A DNA stretch of 64,000 nt, taken from the sequence record NC_062581.1. One strand, 5' to 3'. Positions 10,336 to 21,047 of the stretch are shown in pieces. Numbering within the stretch: position 1 is the stretch's first letter; each line of letters starts with the position of its first letter. The position numbers and the translations under genes were made by a program. The notes beneath the pieces were generated by a model. The model had not been told where the DNA came from and ran no database searches. It saw only the letters and a program-made list of their open reading frames with translations.

Positions 10336-11271
10336 TTAAACAAATTGTTCTGTAACCTGGCGACCAACAAGGTCAATAAAGTTACGAATGTCATTACTGC
10401 GACCCTGTCTTTCAGCTCGTTCAGTAATTTTGGACTTACGGTATGAGCGATCGGACACTGCCGTATACAAAACGGCAATCCAAGTTGGTAGGTGTTCTAG
10501 TGCCATACCGACATTATCCGAAGCATTAGTACCAAACCACGATGCCTTTAATAGTACATGAAGGTCAGCAAATTTTAGCTGTCCCATACTCAGCGTACGC
10601 GATTTTGTACTGAGTTCTTTTGCCAAATCGTTAGCGTTATTTAACGAGCCCACAGTTCCCTCGATATCCGGATCGATCAAATTCAAAACGAAGTCGAGAG
10701 GCACGGATGTAATCTGGGAAAGGATGGGGGCAATACGAATACGGTCATGACCTGGCTCACGTAGTTCAGGTGACAACATGGCCTGGTAATAAAGCGAAGA
10801 GATAACACGGAGTGCCATTTCAGATTCTGGACGCAGTGTATAGCGCTGTACGAGAGTTCCTGAAATCCAGTCCATGAAAACTTTTGCTGGGAAGTCAGTC
10901 ATTCGAGCAAAGGCATTCGTACCACTAGTAATTAGCTTTCTGGTTAAAGCAACACGTACGCATTGTAATTGCCAATCGTTTGCTGCGATTAAACGAGTTA
11001 CCCCAGTGCGTTCATCGTAACGCATATACTGTCGACCATCAACTACCAATAATGGAGTACGGTCGTCACCGAGATTGATGATGTGTGCAAAGTTAGGAAT
11101 GTCATCGTGTTCTTCGCGAGGAGTCACATAACCCGTATCGATCAACTGTTCATTTGTAACGGTGTAGATTGGTGGCAACGATAAACTGATCTCAGCTTTG
11201 TTGATTGCCTTTACGTATTCGTCGGGTTTGCTTAGACGACCTAGTGTCGTTTGGTATGGCAAGATGACCAT
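10336..11271 (-). CDS. virion structural protein (phiKZ gp28-like)
   Basis: ORF 10336-11316; start moved to MVILPY after AAGGAG RBS; synteny. Confidence 0.68.
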   Translation of the reverse strand: MVILPYQTTLGRLSKPDEYVKAINKAEISLSLPPIYTVTNEQLIDTGYVTPREEHDDIPNFAHIINLGDDRTPLLVVDGRQYMRYDERTGVTRLIAANDWQLQCVRVALTRKLITSGTNAFARMTDFPAKVFMDWISGTLVQRYTLRPESEMALRVISSLYYQAMLSPELREPGHDRIRIAPILSQITSVPLDFVLNLIDPDIEGTVGSLNNANDLAKELSTKSRTLSMGQLKFADLHVLLKASWFGTNASDNVGMALEHLPTWIAVLYTAVSDRSYRKSKITERAERQGRSNDIRNFIDLVGRQVTEQFV

Positions 11272-11399
11272 TCCGTATCTCCTTTTTAGGGGGTAAAAAA
11301 TAACTTCAATGGTCAATTATAATTAATATCTATGATTGACCGTTAGTTTACACTCATAACATCGAGTTCAAATTGCTCCATACTTGGGAGAAACAAAAG

Positions 11400-13496
11400 A
11401 TGTCTTCTATGAACGCTGTCCCTAAGGTTACCTTTAACGGTATCCGGGACCTGAGTCGTCGAGCATTTCAACGTCCACCTGTGACGTTTGCTCAACACAC
11501 TCCATTGCTGCGCCTCTTCACTGAGACCGGCCCAACTGATACCACTTATGTCGGTAACGACGAAGGTGGTTTCGCAACTATCTACGGTGAAAGTTCTCTT
11601 GCACCGCGTAGTAAGTTTTTCAACCAGCAGTCTCTTTTGGCTCTCCAGTTCCTCAGCGAAGGCAACGGTTTCTATGTGAAACGACTGACCCCAGAAGATG
11701 CTGGTAATTCAGCTCGCATTATCGTTGCACTAGAAATGGTACACGACTATGTTGATCAAACCATTACGCAGCTGGGCGGCTTCAACTACCCTGACGCTGT
11801 AAATGATTTGTCTGCTAACCCAGTAGCTTTGGCTGATACTCAAGTTGAAGGCTACCGTGCACGTATCGTTCTGATTCGTGATAACACTTCTGAAGTAGGT
11901 ACTCAACGTATCCTGCCGGGCGAAATGGTTTCGACTATTGATAACTCGCAGTCTACTGTTTACCCGCTGTTTGAATTGCCAGCCGCTTTCTTCGGTGCAC
12001 AAGGTAATAACCTGGGCATGCGAATCTGGTGTACTCACACTGAAGATCCAGATGGTTTTGATGAAGTAACTGCTGATACCTTTAAGACTCGTATGTACCG
12101 CGTTCAATTCGTGGAACTGCCGGTTGTTGGTAACACTCCAGTTATTGTTAAAACTGCTAACGACGAAGATTACGTTGATGTGTCTTTTGACCAAGGCGTT
12201 TATTCCGAAAGCTATAACCTGGATTACACCATCGATGACGTACTGATTGATAAGTACTCTGATGATGGTTTTGAATCGGGCTTGGCTGTTCTGTATTCCC
12301 CATTCAGTCAGCTTTATGTTTACCGTGAAAACGTTAAACTGGTTCAGGAATTAATTCTGGCCGCAGAGCAAACTGTTAACCCTGCTATTGCTGGTACTGT
12401 TACTAGTGCTTCGCAGATCGACTTCCTGACTATGCTCGGTGAAGACGGCGACCAATACCAATCCATTCAATTGGAAGGTGCATTGGGTGGTGGTGTTACT
12501 CTTGGTAAGAATGCAACCATCTACGCTGCTGGTGGTAGTGACGGTACTACTTCGTTGGATCAATACAACACATTGGTTGACATCGAAAACACTAACTTCG
12601 GTAAGCTGGGTAACGATCAGTACGAAAACATTGCACACTATCAGTTCGGCGTTCTTTATGACACCGGCCTGCCAATGGAATCTAAGTTCCGTGCTATTCA
12701 AGTACTGGCTGCTCGTAAAGACGTACAATACTTCTTCACTACCTTTGTTGATGGCGAATCCCGTCTTCTGTCTGCTTCGGAAGAAGCGTCACGTTGCCAG
12801 GCATTGATCACTCGTTTGCAAGCATATCCTGAATCGACTCTGTTCGGTACTCCGGTCTGCCGTGCGATGATTGCTCTGCAAACTGGTAAACTGATCGGTG
12901 GTGGGAATGGCTTGCCTAAGTATGTTCCACAACTGTTGGACATCGGTGTCAAGTGGGCTCGTTACGCTGGTATGGGTACGGGTATCCTGCGTGAAGGTTT
13001 TGAGATGGACGTCTCGCCTAACAACCGTGTTACTCTGATCAAAGATCAGAACGTTAAGTTCTTCGGTGAACGTACACGTGCACAGCTGTGGGCCAACGGT
13101 GCTACTTGGTCGCAATCTTACGATCAGCGTTCTCAGTACTACCCTTGCCTGCGTTCGGTTTATAAAGACGATACTTCGGTATTGCTTTCGCCGATCACTG
13201 TCAACATCTGCTGCGACTTGATCCGTCTGATTCACAAAGTTCATGCGGACTTCTCTGGTAACGCATACCTGACGAAAGAGCAATTGGTAGAGCGTACTGA
13301 CGAACGAATCCTGGAACTGACCCGTGAGCGTTACGGCGATCGCGTTGATGTCATTCCACGTTCGTTCATCTCTGCCATGGACGATAACAACGGTACCAGC
13401 TGGAGCTGTGAAGTGACTGTAGCGGCCAACAACCCGCACACCACTCTGAACTTCAACCTGACTACTATCCGTCGGGAAGCAAACACTGAGGCGTAA
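11400..13496 (+). CDS. tail sheath protein (phiKZ gp29-like)
   Basis: ~700 aa, GGGAG RBS, sheath-like content (GGSDG, YDTGLP), divergent from gp28-like and followed by tube gene. Confidence 0.88.
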   Translation: MSSMNAVPKVTFNGIRDLSRRAFQRPPVTFAQHTPLLRLFTETGPTDTTYVGNDEGGFATIYGESSLAPRSKFFNQQSLLALQFLSEGNGFYVKRLTPEDAGNSARIIVALEMVHDYVDQTITQLGGFNYPDAVNDLSANPVALADTQVEGYRARIVLIRDNTSEVGTQRILPGEMVSTIDNSQSTVYPLFELPAAFFGAQGNNLGMRIWCTHTEDPDGFDEVTADTFKTRMYRVQFVELPVVGNTPVIVKTANDEDYVDVSFDQGVYSESYNLDYTIDDVLIDKYSDDGFESGLAVLYSPFSQLYVYRENVKLVQELILAAEQTVNPAIAGTVTSASQIDFLTMLGEDGDQYQSIQLEGALGGGVTLGKNATIYAAGGSDGTTSLDQYNTLVDIENTNFGKLGNDQYENIAHYQFGVLYDTGLPMESKFRAIQVLAARKDVQYFFTTFVDGESRLLSASEEASRCQALITRLQAYPESTLFGTPVCRAMIALQTGKLIGGGNGLPKYVPQLLDIGVKWARYAGMGTGILREGFEMDVSPNNRVTLIKDQNVKFFGERTRAQLWANGATWSQSYDQRSQYYPCLRSVYKDDTSVLLSPITVNICCDLIRLIHKVHADFSGNAYLTKEQLVERTDERILELTRERYGDRVDVIPRSFISAMDDNNGTSWSCEVTVAANNPHTTLNFNLTTIRREANTEA

Positions 13497-13533
13497 GCCT
13501 TAGTGTTATCCCTATTAGCAAGAGGTCCACAAA

Positions 13534-14403
13534 ATGGCAAAGCGCTATTCAAACCCGTACGCTCCGCGCTCGGGCTACGGTGCCAACGCTTCTGAGAACA
13601 TGATGAACCTGGCTCAGGCCGGTACGTTTGTCCTGGCTCCGGACTTGGCTAACCTGGCTGCGAACACCCCGTACGTGTCTCGTAACCTAATCGCTATCCT
13701 GCTAGAAGCACCACGCTTCTTCCGGTATGCGGCTAACCAGAATCAACTGATCGCTTCTCTGAAAGCACTGATCGAGAAACACTGTCGGACTATCGATGGT
13801 CTTAACCGTACTGTTACTGCCGAATTTGCTGACGCTCCTGTCGGCGGTGCTGGTGAAGTAATCTCTGCTGTTTCGAACGTTACTCGTGCTACCTCGCGTC
13901 CTTCGTTGGGTGCTTGGGAACTGCAAGGTCGTACTATCCAGCACTTCCTGGAATGGTGGATTCTTTACGGTCTGGGTGATCCTAACACCAAAGTTCCATT
14001 GATTGTTTCGGATGGCATGGTTCGTCCTGAGCATTACAACCAAACCTTCGCTGGTTGCACTGTACTGTTCATTGAACCAGATCCTACAATGCAAGACGTT
14101 GTATCGGCTTACCTGTGCACTAACATGCAGCCAACCACTACTGGTGATTGGTCTAACCGTAAAGACGTTTCGCAGATTGGTCAGAACCTGGAACTGACTA
14201 TTGAGTTCACTGCACTAACAGATACTTCCGCTGGCGTTAAACTCTACGCTCGTGAAATTCTTCAGTCTATGGATCTCAGTGGTCTGAACCCTAACGACAT
14301 GCAACTATGGACTGAGAAAATTAGTGCGGACGTTGTTGGTCAGAAGAACGGTATTACTAACCAGCTTACCGAAGGTGCTAGCAACCGTATCGGTATTGCT
14401 TAA
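13534..14403 (+). CDS. tail tube / major virion structural protein (phiKZ gp30-like)
   Basis: 289 aa directly after sheath; GAGG RBS; high-expression codon bias. Confidence 0.82.
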   Translation: MAKRYSNPYAPRSGYGANASENMMNLAQAGTFVLAPDLANLAANTPYVSRNLIAILLEAPRFFRYAANQNQLIASLKALIEKHCRTIDGLNRTVTAEFADAPVGGAGEVISAVSNVTRATSRPSLGAWELQGRTIQHFLEWWILYGLGDPNTKVPLIVSDGMVRPEHYNQTFAGCTVLFIEPDPTMQDVVSAYLCTNMQPTTTGDWSNRKDVSQIGQNLELTIEFTALTDTSAGVKLYAREILQSMDLSGLNPNDMQLWTEKISADVVGQKNGITNQLTEGASNRIGIA

Positions 14404-14413
14404 GGAATAAACG

Positions 14414-14587
14414 ATGGCTACTACGTCCCCCACACCTACCACCCCTACAGGGAAAGCGGTGACCGCTGAAAAGAAACCCTTCTCCCAATACATCGGAGTT
14501 GACGAAGCAAGAGCTGGCTTTGGTTTTGTGGATGACTTAGCAGCCGCCGCTGCTTTACGTCGTGAAGCTAAAGGTCAAACGCAGTAA
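14414..14587 (+). CDS. small hypothetical protein, 57 aa (not in ORF track)
   Basis: MATTSPTPTTPTGK...EAKGQTQ*, AAGGA RBS, inside the sheath-tube transcription unit before its terminator. Confidence 0.7.
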   Translation: MATTSPTPTTPTGKAVTAEKKPFSQYIGVDEARAGFGFVDDLAAAAALRREAKGQTQ

Positions 14588-14625
14588 GCTGTACCCACCA
14601 GTTCCTCCCAAGGTGTAAGACATTG

Positions 14626-14645
14626 CCCTTACCTTCGGGTAGGGG
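14626..14645 (+). terminator. hairpin terminator
   Basis: CCCTTACC-TTCG-GGTAGGGG then TTTTATGTCG. Confidence 0.88.
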
Positions 14646-14676
14646 TTTTATGTCGCAATTTAAAAGATTTAGAAAG

Positions 14677-14685
14677 CTATATTAC
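14677..14685 (+). promoter_or_regulatory. phage early promoter
   Basis: CTATATTAC with upstream TTTAAAA. Confidence 0.72.
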
Positions 14686-14711
14686 AAAAGGGAATCCAAT
14701 CAAGAGGTACA

Positions 14712-15863
14712 ATGGTAATCATGAAAATACAGCGCACCGAAATGTACAACCCAGATTTCTTTACTCGTGAAGAACTGTACATGATCCGCATGCTGCTTTG
14801 GCAACTTCAAACATCCAAATACTCGGGTGGTGATCGAATCCTTAGCACCATCTACAATGTGGAATGCCACATTGATGTAAATGCTGATGACAGTGCAGAT
14901 ATCCATCTGGTAGCTGGACATCACATTATCTTTTCTTACAATACCAATACGGGGTTGATCGATTTTGATTCTCGTTTGCTACCACTGACTCTGGAACCTT
15001 TGCACCCAGTTGGCGGTTCATTGGGTATGACCCTCTGCCTTTTCTTAGATGCATTGGTACGTGAACACATGGGTGCAACCAAGTTTGCATTCCAGACCAT
15101 GACCAAAGAAGATACTAAAAAGGTAGCTCATGATTTTTACGGACTGGTTAAATCAGTTGCGTTTAAATCAGCTCGGGATATCGAATTTAAAGAACACCGG
15201 TTGACTACGTACGGTGACGGCTATGCATTGTTTGGGCCTGATAAAATGCTGATCTTTGCAGTCTATGAAGACTCCATTGATTTGGGTTTTATCTCGGATG
15301 TGAACTTGAATAAATTGATTAAAGAAAAAATCAATGCTATTCGTCCACTGATCCTGGATATGCGTGACACGTACAACCATCCGTTGGAGAAACTGGAAGA
15401 ACTATTTGTGTTTCTTTGGAACACAAAAGAAATGATCCGCATGAAAAATGTTAATGCGGCAAAGTTTCTGAATGCAGGAGCACCAGATAGTGCTTTTGTT
15501 GTTACCATCGAAGGCACCAATTTCCATATCAGTGATGACTTGCTGGTTATGGACAATGCGCATGGATGGGCTAACTACAAACCAAACTGCAGACCCGATG
15601 CCGAAAGCTCAATGCTTGACTGGCTTCGTACAGATGCGTCATATGACGAACTACGAAAGTTGTTTGTTGCCGCAACGCATCGTTATGCCGACCTCATGCA
15701 ATATCAAATTGGTAATATTCCCAATCCTGCTGATTTGGTTAAACTGGGTTTGACCCGTGAGCAATACCCACATTACCTGAGTGTTTATTTGCTTGCTAAA
15801 AAGCGTGGCTACCCAGGTGACTTCGAACACTTTGTAAACCTCACTAAACTACTTAAGGCGTAA
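14712..15863 (+). CDS. hypothetical early protein
   Basis: 383 aa, GAGG RBS. Confidence 0.8.
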   Translation: MVIMKIQRTEMYNPDFFTREELYMIRMLLWQLQTSKYSGGDRILSTIYNVECHIDVNADDSADIHLVAGHHIIFSYNTNTGLIDFDSRLLPLTLEPLHPVGGSLGMTLCLFLDALVREHMGATKFAFQTMTKEDTKKVAHDFYGLVKSVAFKSARDIEFKEHRLTTYGDGYALFGPDKMLIFAVYEDSIDLGFISDVNLNKLIKEKINAIRPLILDMRDTYNHPLEKLEELFVFLWNTKEMIRMKNVNAAKFLNAGAPDSAFVVTIEGTNFHISDDLLVMDNAHGWANYKPNCRPDAESSMLDWLRTDASYDELRKLFVAATHRYADLMQYQIGNIPNPADLVKLGLTREQYPHYLSVYLLAKKRGYPGDFEHFVNLTKLLKA

Positions 15864-15867
15864 TCAC

Positions 15868-16197
15868 ATGAAACTCACCAGCATTGCTTTGACTGTTACA
15901 TTGGCCTTTACCGGCTTTGTTCAGGCACAGGGGATAAATCACCCCGATGTAAACCCTGATGTACTGATGGATCTGTTTGTAGGGTCCACCATGGTTAAAT
16001 GCAATGCTGGTGTGTGCCAAGACGCCATCACACACAAACCCCACACCTACACGGATGACCGGGATGGTTTCTTTATTGTCTTCAATGACACTACAGAAGT
16101 ACCCGATTCTGAAATGGATGTGTACCGCCCATTGTTGCTCAGCTTGTACAGTGAACTGATGGCGGAACAAAGCAACCCGTTTGCCAACAGGTTGTAA
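15868..16197 (+). CDS. hypothetical secreted/periplasmic protein
   Basis: N-terminus MKLTSIALTVTLAFTGFVQA resembles a Sec signal peptide with a VQA cleavage site. Confidence 0.72.
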   Translation: MKLTSIALTVTLAFTGFVQAQGINHPDVNPDVLMDLFVGSTMVKCNAGVCQDAITHKPHTYTDDRDGFFIVFNDTTEVPDSEMDVYRPLLLSLYSELMAEQSNPFANRL

Positions 16198-16206
16198 CGA
16201 CATATT

Positions 16207-16226
16207 GGCTACCCTTCGGGGTAGCC
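16207..16226. terminator. bidirectional terminator
   Basis: GGCTACCC-TTCG-GGGTAGCC, identical to 3586-3605, between convergent genes. Confidence 0.9.
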
Positions 16227-16241
16227 GTATGCTGTTCTTTT

Positions 16242-17489
16242 TTATCTGGCGTAGTGGTTCTTTGTCAGAGTACGCAAGGTAATGTAAAGCATTACACCTG
16301 TACGAGTTGCTGCCAATACCGCTTTGTTCTTAACACCAGTTGCATCTGCAACAATCTTCTCACCCACCTCACGCAGATATAACACGCGGGGATCACTTGA
16401 ACGAGAAGCCATTAACTTAGAACGGATTTTAAGAATCAGTCCCTCTAAATCGTTTGATCGTTGGATCTGTGTACGTTCGGCCTGCATCTGGTCAAATACA
16501 TACAGCAAGCATTCTTCAAACATTTTATCAATGTGTGCATGTCGTGCTTGTGTTACATTTCGACAAATGTATTTCAAGGTATCTTCAAACGGTTGAGAAG
16601 GCATGGAATCAACCATAGCTCTTTCAATGATCCCTAATAGTTCAGGGCGAATAAAGTTAGCTTCGTTAGTGACAATTTCTTTACCGTAACGCAGGTAAGT
16701 ACCAAAGCCATTCACCTTATCTTTAAGGAACAGATCACCATCGGTAGACATTCCCATTTCAGATGTGGTAATGACACGACCACCTTCTTTGAGTACCTGA
16801 ATGTACACAGCGTAGATCTTGTTAATTACTTCACGAATACGAGACTGGGTATCGGTTACAATACGCGTTGACCAATAGTCCGTTAAAGAATCACCACTAC
16901 CAAAGATGTGGTCAGTGTAGTTTGTTTCAGGACCAATGATGGATAGACACCGATCTCGAATCAATGCGTGCCATGAACCCAGGCGACGAATATCCCATTT
17001 GTAATTCAGGGACATAAAAGTGGCTTCAGCTACTTCTCGTTTAGCCGGATAAGAAAATCGACGACTTAACAAAGAAGTCAGATACTTAATGTGCAGCATC
17101 GTAAACATTGCAATCATTGCTTCATCGCGTAAGTTCATAGGGAGTTGTGTGTTCTCCATTAACTTACGGCAAACAAAAGCAGGGATATGGTTAAACGAAT
17201 CTGAGTTCACGTTATGTGAAGGATCGATAACATCTAGCTTAAGAAAATCGTATTGCAATAGGTCGTCATTGACTTTTAGTACTTCATCGTACCATTGCTC
17301 TCGATCTGTTGGGTGCCACCGGACTGGGTTAACCCCTAACAATGCCCCACCAAAGAATGCAGAGTGATCTTGGTTCTTGTTCATAAAGCGGGTAACAAAG
17401 TTAATCACACGCATACAAAAAGCGCGATCAAATTTTACATCTGCAAAATGCCGACTCAGCAAATCAAAGATAGTGGTTGTATCATTCAT
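16242..17489 (-). CDS. conserved virion protein (phiKZ gp32-like)
   Basis: ORF 16242-17525; start at MNDTTTIF after AGGAG; synteny. Confidence 0.7.
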   Translation of the reverse strand: MNDTTTIFDLLSRHFADVKFDRAFCMRVINFVTRFMNKNQDHSAFFGGALLGVNPVRWHPTDREQWYDEVLKVNDDLLQYDFLKLDVIDPSHNVNSDSFNHIPAFVCRKLMENTQLPMNLRDEAMIAMFTMLHIKYLTSLLSRRFSYPAKREVAEATFMSLNYKWDIRRLGSWHALIRDRCLSIIGPETNYTDHIFGSGDSLTDYWSTRIVTDTQSRIREVINKIYAVYIQVLKEGGRVITTSEMGMSTDGDLFLKDKVNGFGTYLRYGKEIVTNEANFIRPELLGIIERAMVDSMPSQPFEDTLKYICRNVTQARHAHIDKMFEECLLYVFDQMQAERTQIQRSNDLEGLILKIRSKLMASRSSDPRVLYLREVGEKIVADATGVKNKAVLAATRTGVMLYITLRTLTKNHYAR

Positions 17490-17531
17490 GTGAGGGTCTC
17501 CTAAATTCAAATCATTGGACTGCAATTAGTT

Positions 17532-17546
17532 TCAGATCTATATTAC
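17532..17546 (+). promoter_or_regulatory. phage early promoter
   Basis: TCAGATCTATATTAC. Confidence 0.8.
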
Positions 17547-17572
17547 AAATACAGTAATCAATAGGAATTGTT

Positions 17573-17950
17573 ATGAAAAATGGTGATGGTAAAGTGCCGT
17601 TGATTTGTGGGCATATGCGAGACATGTCTCTGGTAAGCCAATACACACGCATGAATAGAAAGGTAGTCTGCTTGACAGGTGGAGAAGAAAAAGAATTAGA
17701 ACAGCTGGCTAAACGTTTAAAAAATAATAACCTTAGTAGTGATAAAGGTTTTGATCCTGGTAATGTAATTATTGTTGGAGCACCTACCCAACACTTCTTC
17801 CGTCCGATGGAAATGCGCCCATTAAACATGGATGTAATGAGCAGCTATCCTGATCCCCGGATAGAATTGACTATATCCAATTATCCAAAGAAACCCGATG
17901 TTTCACAAGTTAGCAAAAAGGTTTTGGCGCTGTTAGCCCGAGCCCAGTAA
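17573..17950 (+). CDS. hypothetical early protein
   Basis: 125 aa, AGGA RBS, after early promoter. Confidence 0.7.
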   Translation: MKNGDGKVPLICGHMRDMSLVSQYTRMNRKVVCLTGGEEKELEQLAKRLKNNNLSSDKGFDPGNVIIVGAPTQHFFRPMEMRPLNMDVMSSYPDPRIELTISNYPKKPDVSQVSKKVLALLARAQ

Positions 17951-18009
17951 TAATACTAGACAGCATCTAGTATGTAAGGCATTCGCCCAATAACGAGGAA
18001 TAGTTCCCG

Positions 18010-18909
18010 ATGTGCAATAACGTTGATGCTCTAAAGAAATTGATTGATGAAGCACTGATCCTGGATGGTACCACTGGTCTGACTTTGACTGGTTGGGATG
18101 AAAGTGAAGATAACTACGACCGTGGTACATTGACCAATCGCGTTACTACCGATTACGGTATTGTTCGTGGTGGCATCAGTATCGCCCAAGGCGGTGGTAT
18201 GAATAACGCCTTTGGTCGTTTTGGTGGTTTCCGTGATCGCGAAGACAATCGCCAAGAAGTAACTATTGAACGACTGCGTGGCATTTTGGTTACTGCCCTT
18301 GCAGTTGCCCATACCGACGCTGGTCGTACACTGGTAAGTGGTTTTGCTGCAACAGTTGAAGCTTTGGCTAGTAACTGTTTCCAACCTGTCTCGTACGATC
18401 TGACCGTGGGTGCAGGTGGCGACGCAGTCGTGATTATTAACATGACTAACGGCCTTACCTCCGTACGCATGGAAGTCAAAGCTAACGACGAAAGCAACCA
18501 GAAGATCGAACTTGATCTACCCACCAAGTATATTTTGGGTACTGGTTTTGTTAGTGTTCTGCTGGGTAAAAATGATCGTGGTTACTCGGGTACTGGCCTG
18601 TCGGTTTTGGAAAACGGTAAATGGGTTCGTTTGACTGGTATCTCTGCTCGTGAATTCGATCCTGAAGAAACTGTTAACGTAGACGAACTGTCAGTTGATG
18701 AAGTTGTCCAGCTGGTTGGTGAAGCACGTCGTCCTTTGGTACAAGCTGCTTTGGTAGCAATCATTCGTCAACTTAATACCCTGGGTGGTTTTGTTCACGT
18801 TTACGAAGTAAGCGTTGCCCATGGTGATTATCGTTCTACCCCAAGTCTGGTAGTTCATCTGGCTGATTCCAAATTGCGTAAGCGCTACGGTCTGGAATTC
18901 ACCGCTTAA
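18010..18909 (+). CDS. hypothetical protein
   Basis: 299 aa, GAGGA RBS, biased codon usage, followed by terminator. Confidence 0.8.
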   Translation: MCNNVDALKKLIDEALILDGTTGLTLTGWDESEDNYDRGTLTNRVTTDYGIVRGGISIAQGGGMNNAFGRFGGFRDREDNRQEVTIERLRGILVTALAVAHTDAGRTLVSGFAATVEALASNCFQPVSYDLTVGAGGDAVVIINMTNGLTSVRMEVKANDESNQKIELDLPTKYILGTGFVSVLLGKNDRGYSGTGLSVLENGKWVRLTGISAREFDPEETVNVDELSVDEVVQLVGEARRPLVQAALVAIIRQLNTLGGFVHVYEVSVAHGDYRSTPSLVVHLADSKLRKRYGLEFTA

Positions 18910-18914
18910 TATTT

Positions 18915-18932
18915 GGGGACCTTCGGGTCCCC
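18915..18932 (+). terminator. hairpin terminator
   Basis: GGGGACC-TTCG-GGTCCCC then ATCTATGCCGTTTTT. Confidence 0.88.
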
Positions 18933-18987
18933 ATCTATGCCGTTTTTCTTTTATCCTCTGTAGTTTAACTAATACGGAGCCACCGCA

Positions 18988-19755
18988 ATGTATCGACGTT
19001 GTGAGAAACCAGCACCTAATACAACAATTGATTTGAGTGTGTATGGTAACCCCTGTGACATTTATCAAAATATGCTGAACCGGATCGATGCATTGCGTCG
19101 GTTAAAAGATCAGTGGCCTCGTTGCGATTTTAGTCGTTTCGATGTACAGTTCCAACTTTCCGATGCAATGACTTATATGTTCGTTATTACCGATAAGGCT
19201 AATGGGGAAATGTATCAATGGTCAGTTGAGAAAGAATTTACCAAGGAAAGCGCACAGCATGCTTTTGAGCGTGATTACAATGAATCGGCCCTACGATATA
19301 ACTCTGGGGTTAGACGTGCACTGGATGACCACCTAGAAGCCCTGCAAGAAGATTACGCAGCCCTGTTGTATCGAGCAGAAGAAACCGATACGGGTTATCG
19401 CGTTTGGCGACCAATTGTTGGACCTGTTGGATTGGTTCCTTTCCAATTAGAATTTATTGGTTTACCTGGCGTTGCTGTTTTACCTGGTGTGCCACGTGAA
19501 GACATTTGGGATTACATTGGTAACATTCCAGGTGAAGCTGGACGTGCGGTAGCGCGCTTGGTCAAACGACTAATTAAATTAGGGGTTGTCTTTGATAGCG
19601 TAGAACGCACAGTTATTAAAGATTACCGAAGCATTGTCTTGGAAGGTTACGCTTGGCGGAATGAAAGCACTCATACCAAAGTCAGAATGACTATGCAAGA
19701 AATTGCAATGCTTGATAAAGACCTTGAACAATACCACAAACTTTACACGGAATAA
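18988..19755 (+). CDS. hypothetical protein
   Basis: 255 aa, GGAG RBS. Confidence 0.78.
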   Translation: MYRRCEKPAPNTTIDLSVYGNPCDIYQNMLNRIDALRRLKDQWPRCDFSRFDVQFQLSDAMTYMFVITDKANGEMYQWSVEKEFTKESAQHAFERDYNESALRYNSGVRRALDDHLEALQEDYAALLYRAEETDTGYRVWRPIVGPVGLVPFQLEFIGLPGVAVLPGVPREDIWDYIGNIPGEAGRAVARLVKRLIKLGVVFDSVERTVIKDYRSIVLEGYAWRNESTHTKVRMTMQEIAMLDKDLEQYHKLYTE

Positions 19756-19757
19756 AC

Positions 19758-20174
19758 ATGATCACTATCGAACTAACGCAAACTGAAATAGCTGAACACT
19801 TTGGTTGCCCTGTAGCCAGAGCTGAAGAAGTTACACGTCGTTTGTTTCTAACTTCTTTTGTAAGTCCTTTGCCATCTATTCTCCGAGTTAACATTGCTGA
19901 AACTCCAGCAGAATACTCTGGACAAATAATGGCCACCCTGAAATCTGTAACGGTCCAGAGACGCGGCTGGGATGGTAACAAGGTAAAAGACAAGGCAACG
20001 TTGCTTGCTTACATCCGTGAGTCTGCAAAGGCCCTCATAGACCTCCGTGTCTGGGATGAATACAATGGCCCTAAAGCCGAAGTGCTTCCAATCCCAGAAC
20101 CCGTAGAACCTGAGCGCCATTATTCCTTGCCGGGTAAGTATGCAGTATACCCACCATCGGGTCCTGCGGAATGA
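19758..20174 (+). CDS. hypothetical protein
   Basis: 138 aa, 2 nt after previous stop. Confidence 0.72.
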   Translation: MITIELTQTEIAEHFGCPVARAEEVTRRLFLTSFVSPLPSILRVNIAETPAEYSGQIMATLKSVTVQRRGWDGNKVKDKATLLAYIRESAKALIDLRVWDEYNGPKAEVLPIPEPVEPERHYSLPGKYAVYPPSGPAE

Positions 20175-20183
20175 CAACATAGT

Positions 20184-20203
20184 GGCTTCCCCTAGGGGAA
20201 GCC
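20184..20203 (+). terminator. hairpin terminator
   Basis: GGCTTCCC-CTAG-GGGAAGCC. Confidence 0.82.
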
Positions 20204-20220
20204 TTATGCCGTTCTAATAA

Positions 20221-20238
20221 ATCTCAGATCTATATTAC
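20221..20238 (+). promoter_or_regulatory. phage early promoter (long form)
   Basis: ATCTCAGATCTATATTAC, also at 41960 and 52489 (and ending in T at 28750). Confidence 0.85.
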
Positions 20239-20282
20239 TAAATTGTATTCGTGGTCCAAAATTTAAATTGGGAGTAATTGAG

Positions 20283-21047
20283 ATGAATGAAAACCGGTTT
20301 TGGGTAAGCTTTCCAGATTTGCTTTCCCGTGGCGTCACTGAACAAATGATCAACAACCGTGGCCCTTTTGAACACGGCATACGTCTTCCTGTTATTTCAA
20401 ATGGCCATGTTTCAATCCCATGGATCTGGGAAGAAGTTGGACCCGTTATTGGAACGCTTAAAAGAATCATTATTCGCGCTGGTCGCAGTAACGTGGCTAC
20501 ATTGATTATTCCTGCAGATACAGAAGTTACTCAAAGCTGGGTTCAACGGGAACTGGCTAAAGAGATTCTTTCTGAAGCGCATGTGCATGATGAGTTTCTG
20601 AAAAACGTTACCCACCTTACTCGTTTAGTTTATCAACGTTTGGCAGGTGTAGATGCACGTGGTCCAGAAATGGTAGCTCTATTACATGGTCCATTGGGTG
20701 TAATGATTTATCATGAACCACGGTGGCGCTCTAGTAATGATGACACCGGTGAAATTAAAACTCTGGATGAAGTTGGTACCATGTTGTTGGACATTGTTCC
20801 TAAATCAGTGTTCATCCAAGTAACTGCACAAATCTCGGCGTATGTAGCATCATGGAAACAAATTCATGGTGTTGAGCCAGAACTAACTGCTTTTACCAAA
20901 AAGGTTCCTGCCGGTATTAAGTGTTATGTTGTCATTGGTACAGGTAAAGGTGCAGTTGACATGCGTTTTAACTACTGCACTGCTATTGACAAAGATACAC
21001 TGCAACCTGTAGATTTTATTCGATCGGTACTCAAGGATTTTAAATGA
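20283..21047 (+). CDS. hypothetical early protein
   Basis: ATG 9 nt after GGGAG within ORF 20268-21047. Confidence 0.78.
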   Translation: MNENRFWVSFPDLLSRGVTEQMINNRGPFEHGIRLPVISNGHVSIPWIWEEVGPVIGTLKRIIIRAGRSNVATLIIPADTEVTQSWVQRELAKEILSEAHVHDEFLKNVTHLTRLVYQRLAGVDARGPEMVALLHGPLGVMIYHEPRWRSSNDDTGEIKTLDEVGTMLLDIVPKSVFIQVTAQISAYVASWKQIHGVEPELTAFTKKVPAGIKCYVVIGTGKGAVDMRFNYCTAIDKDTLQPVDFIRSVLKDFK

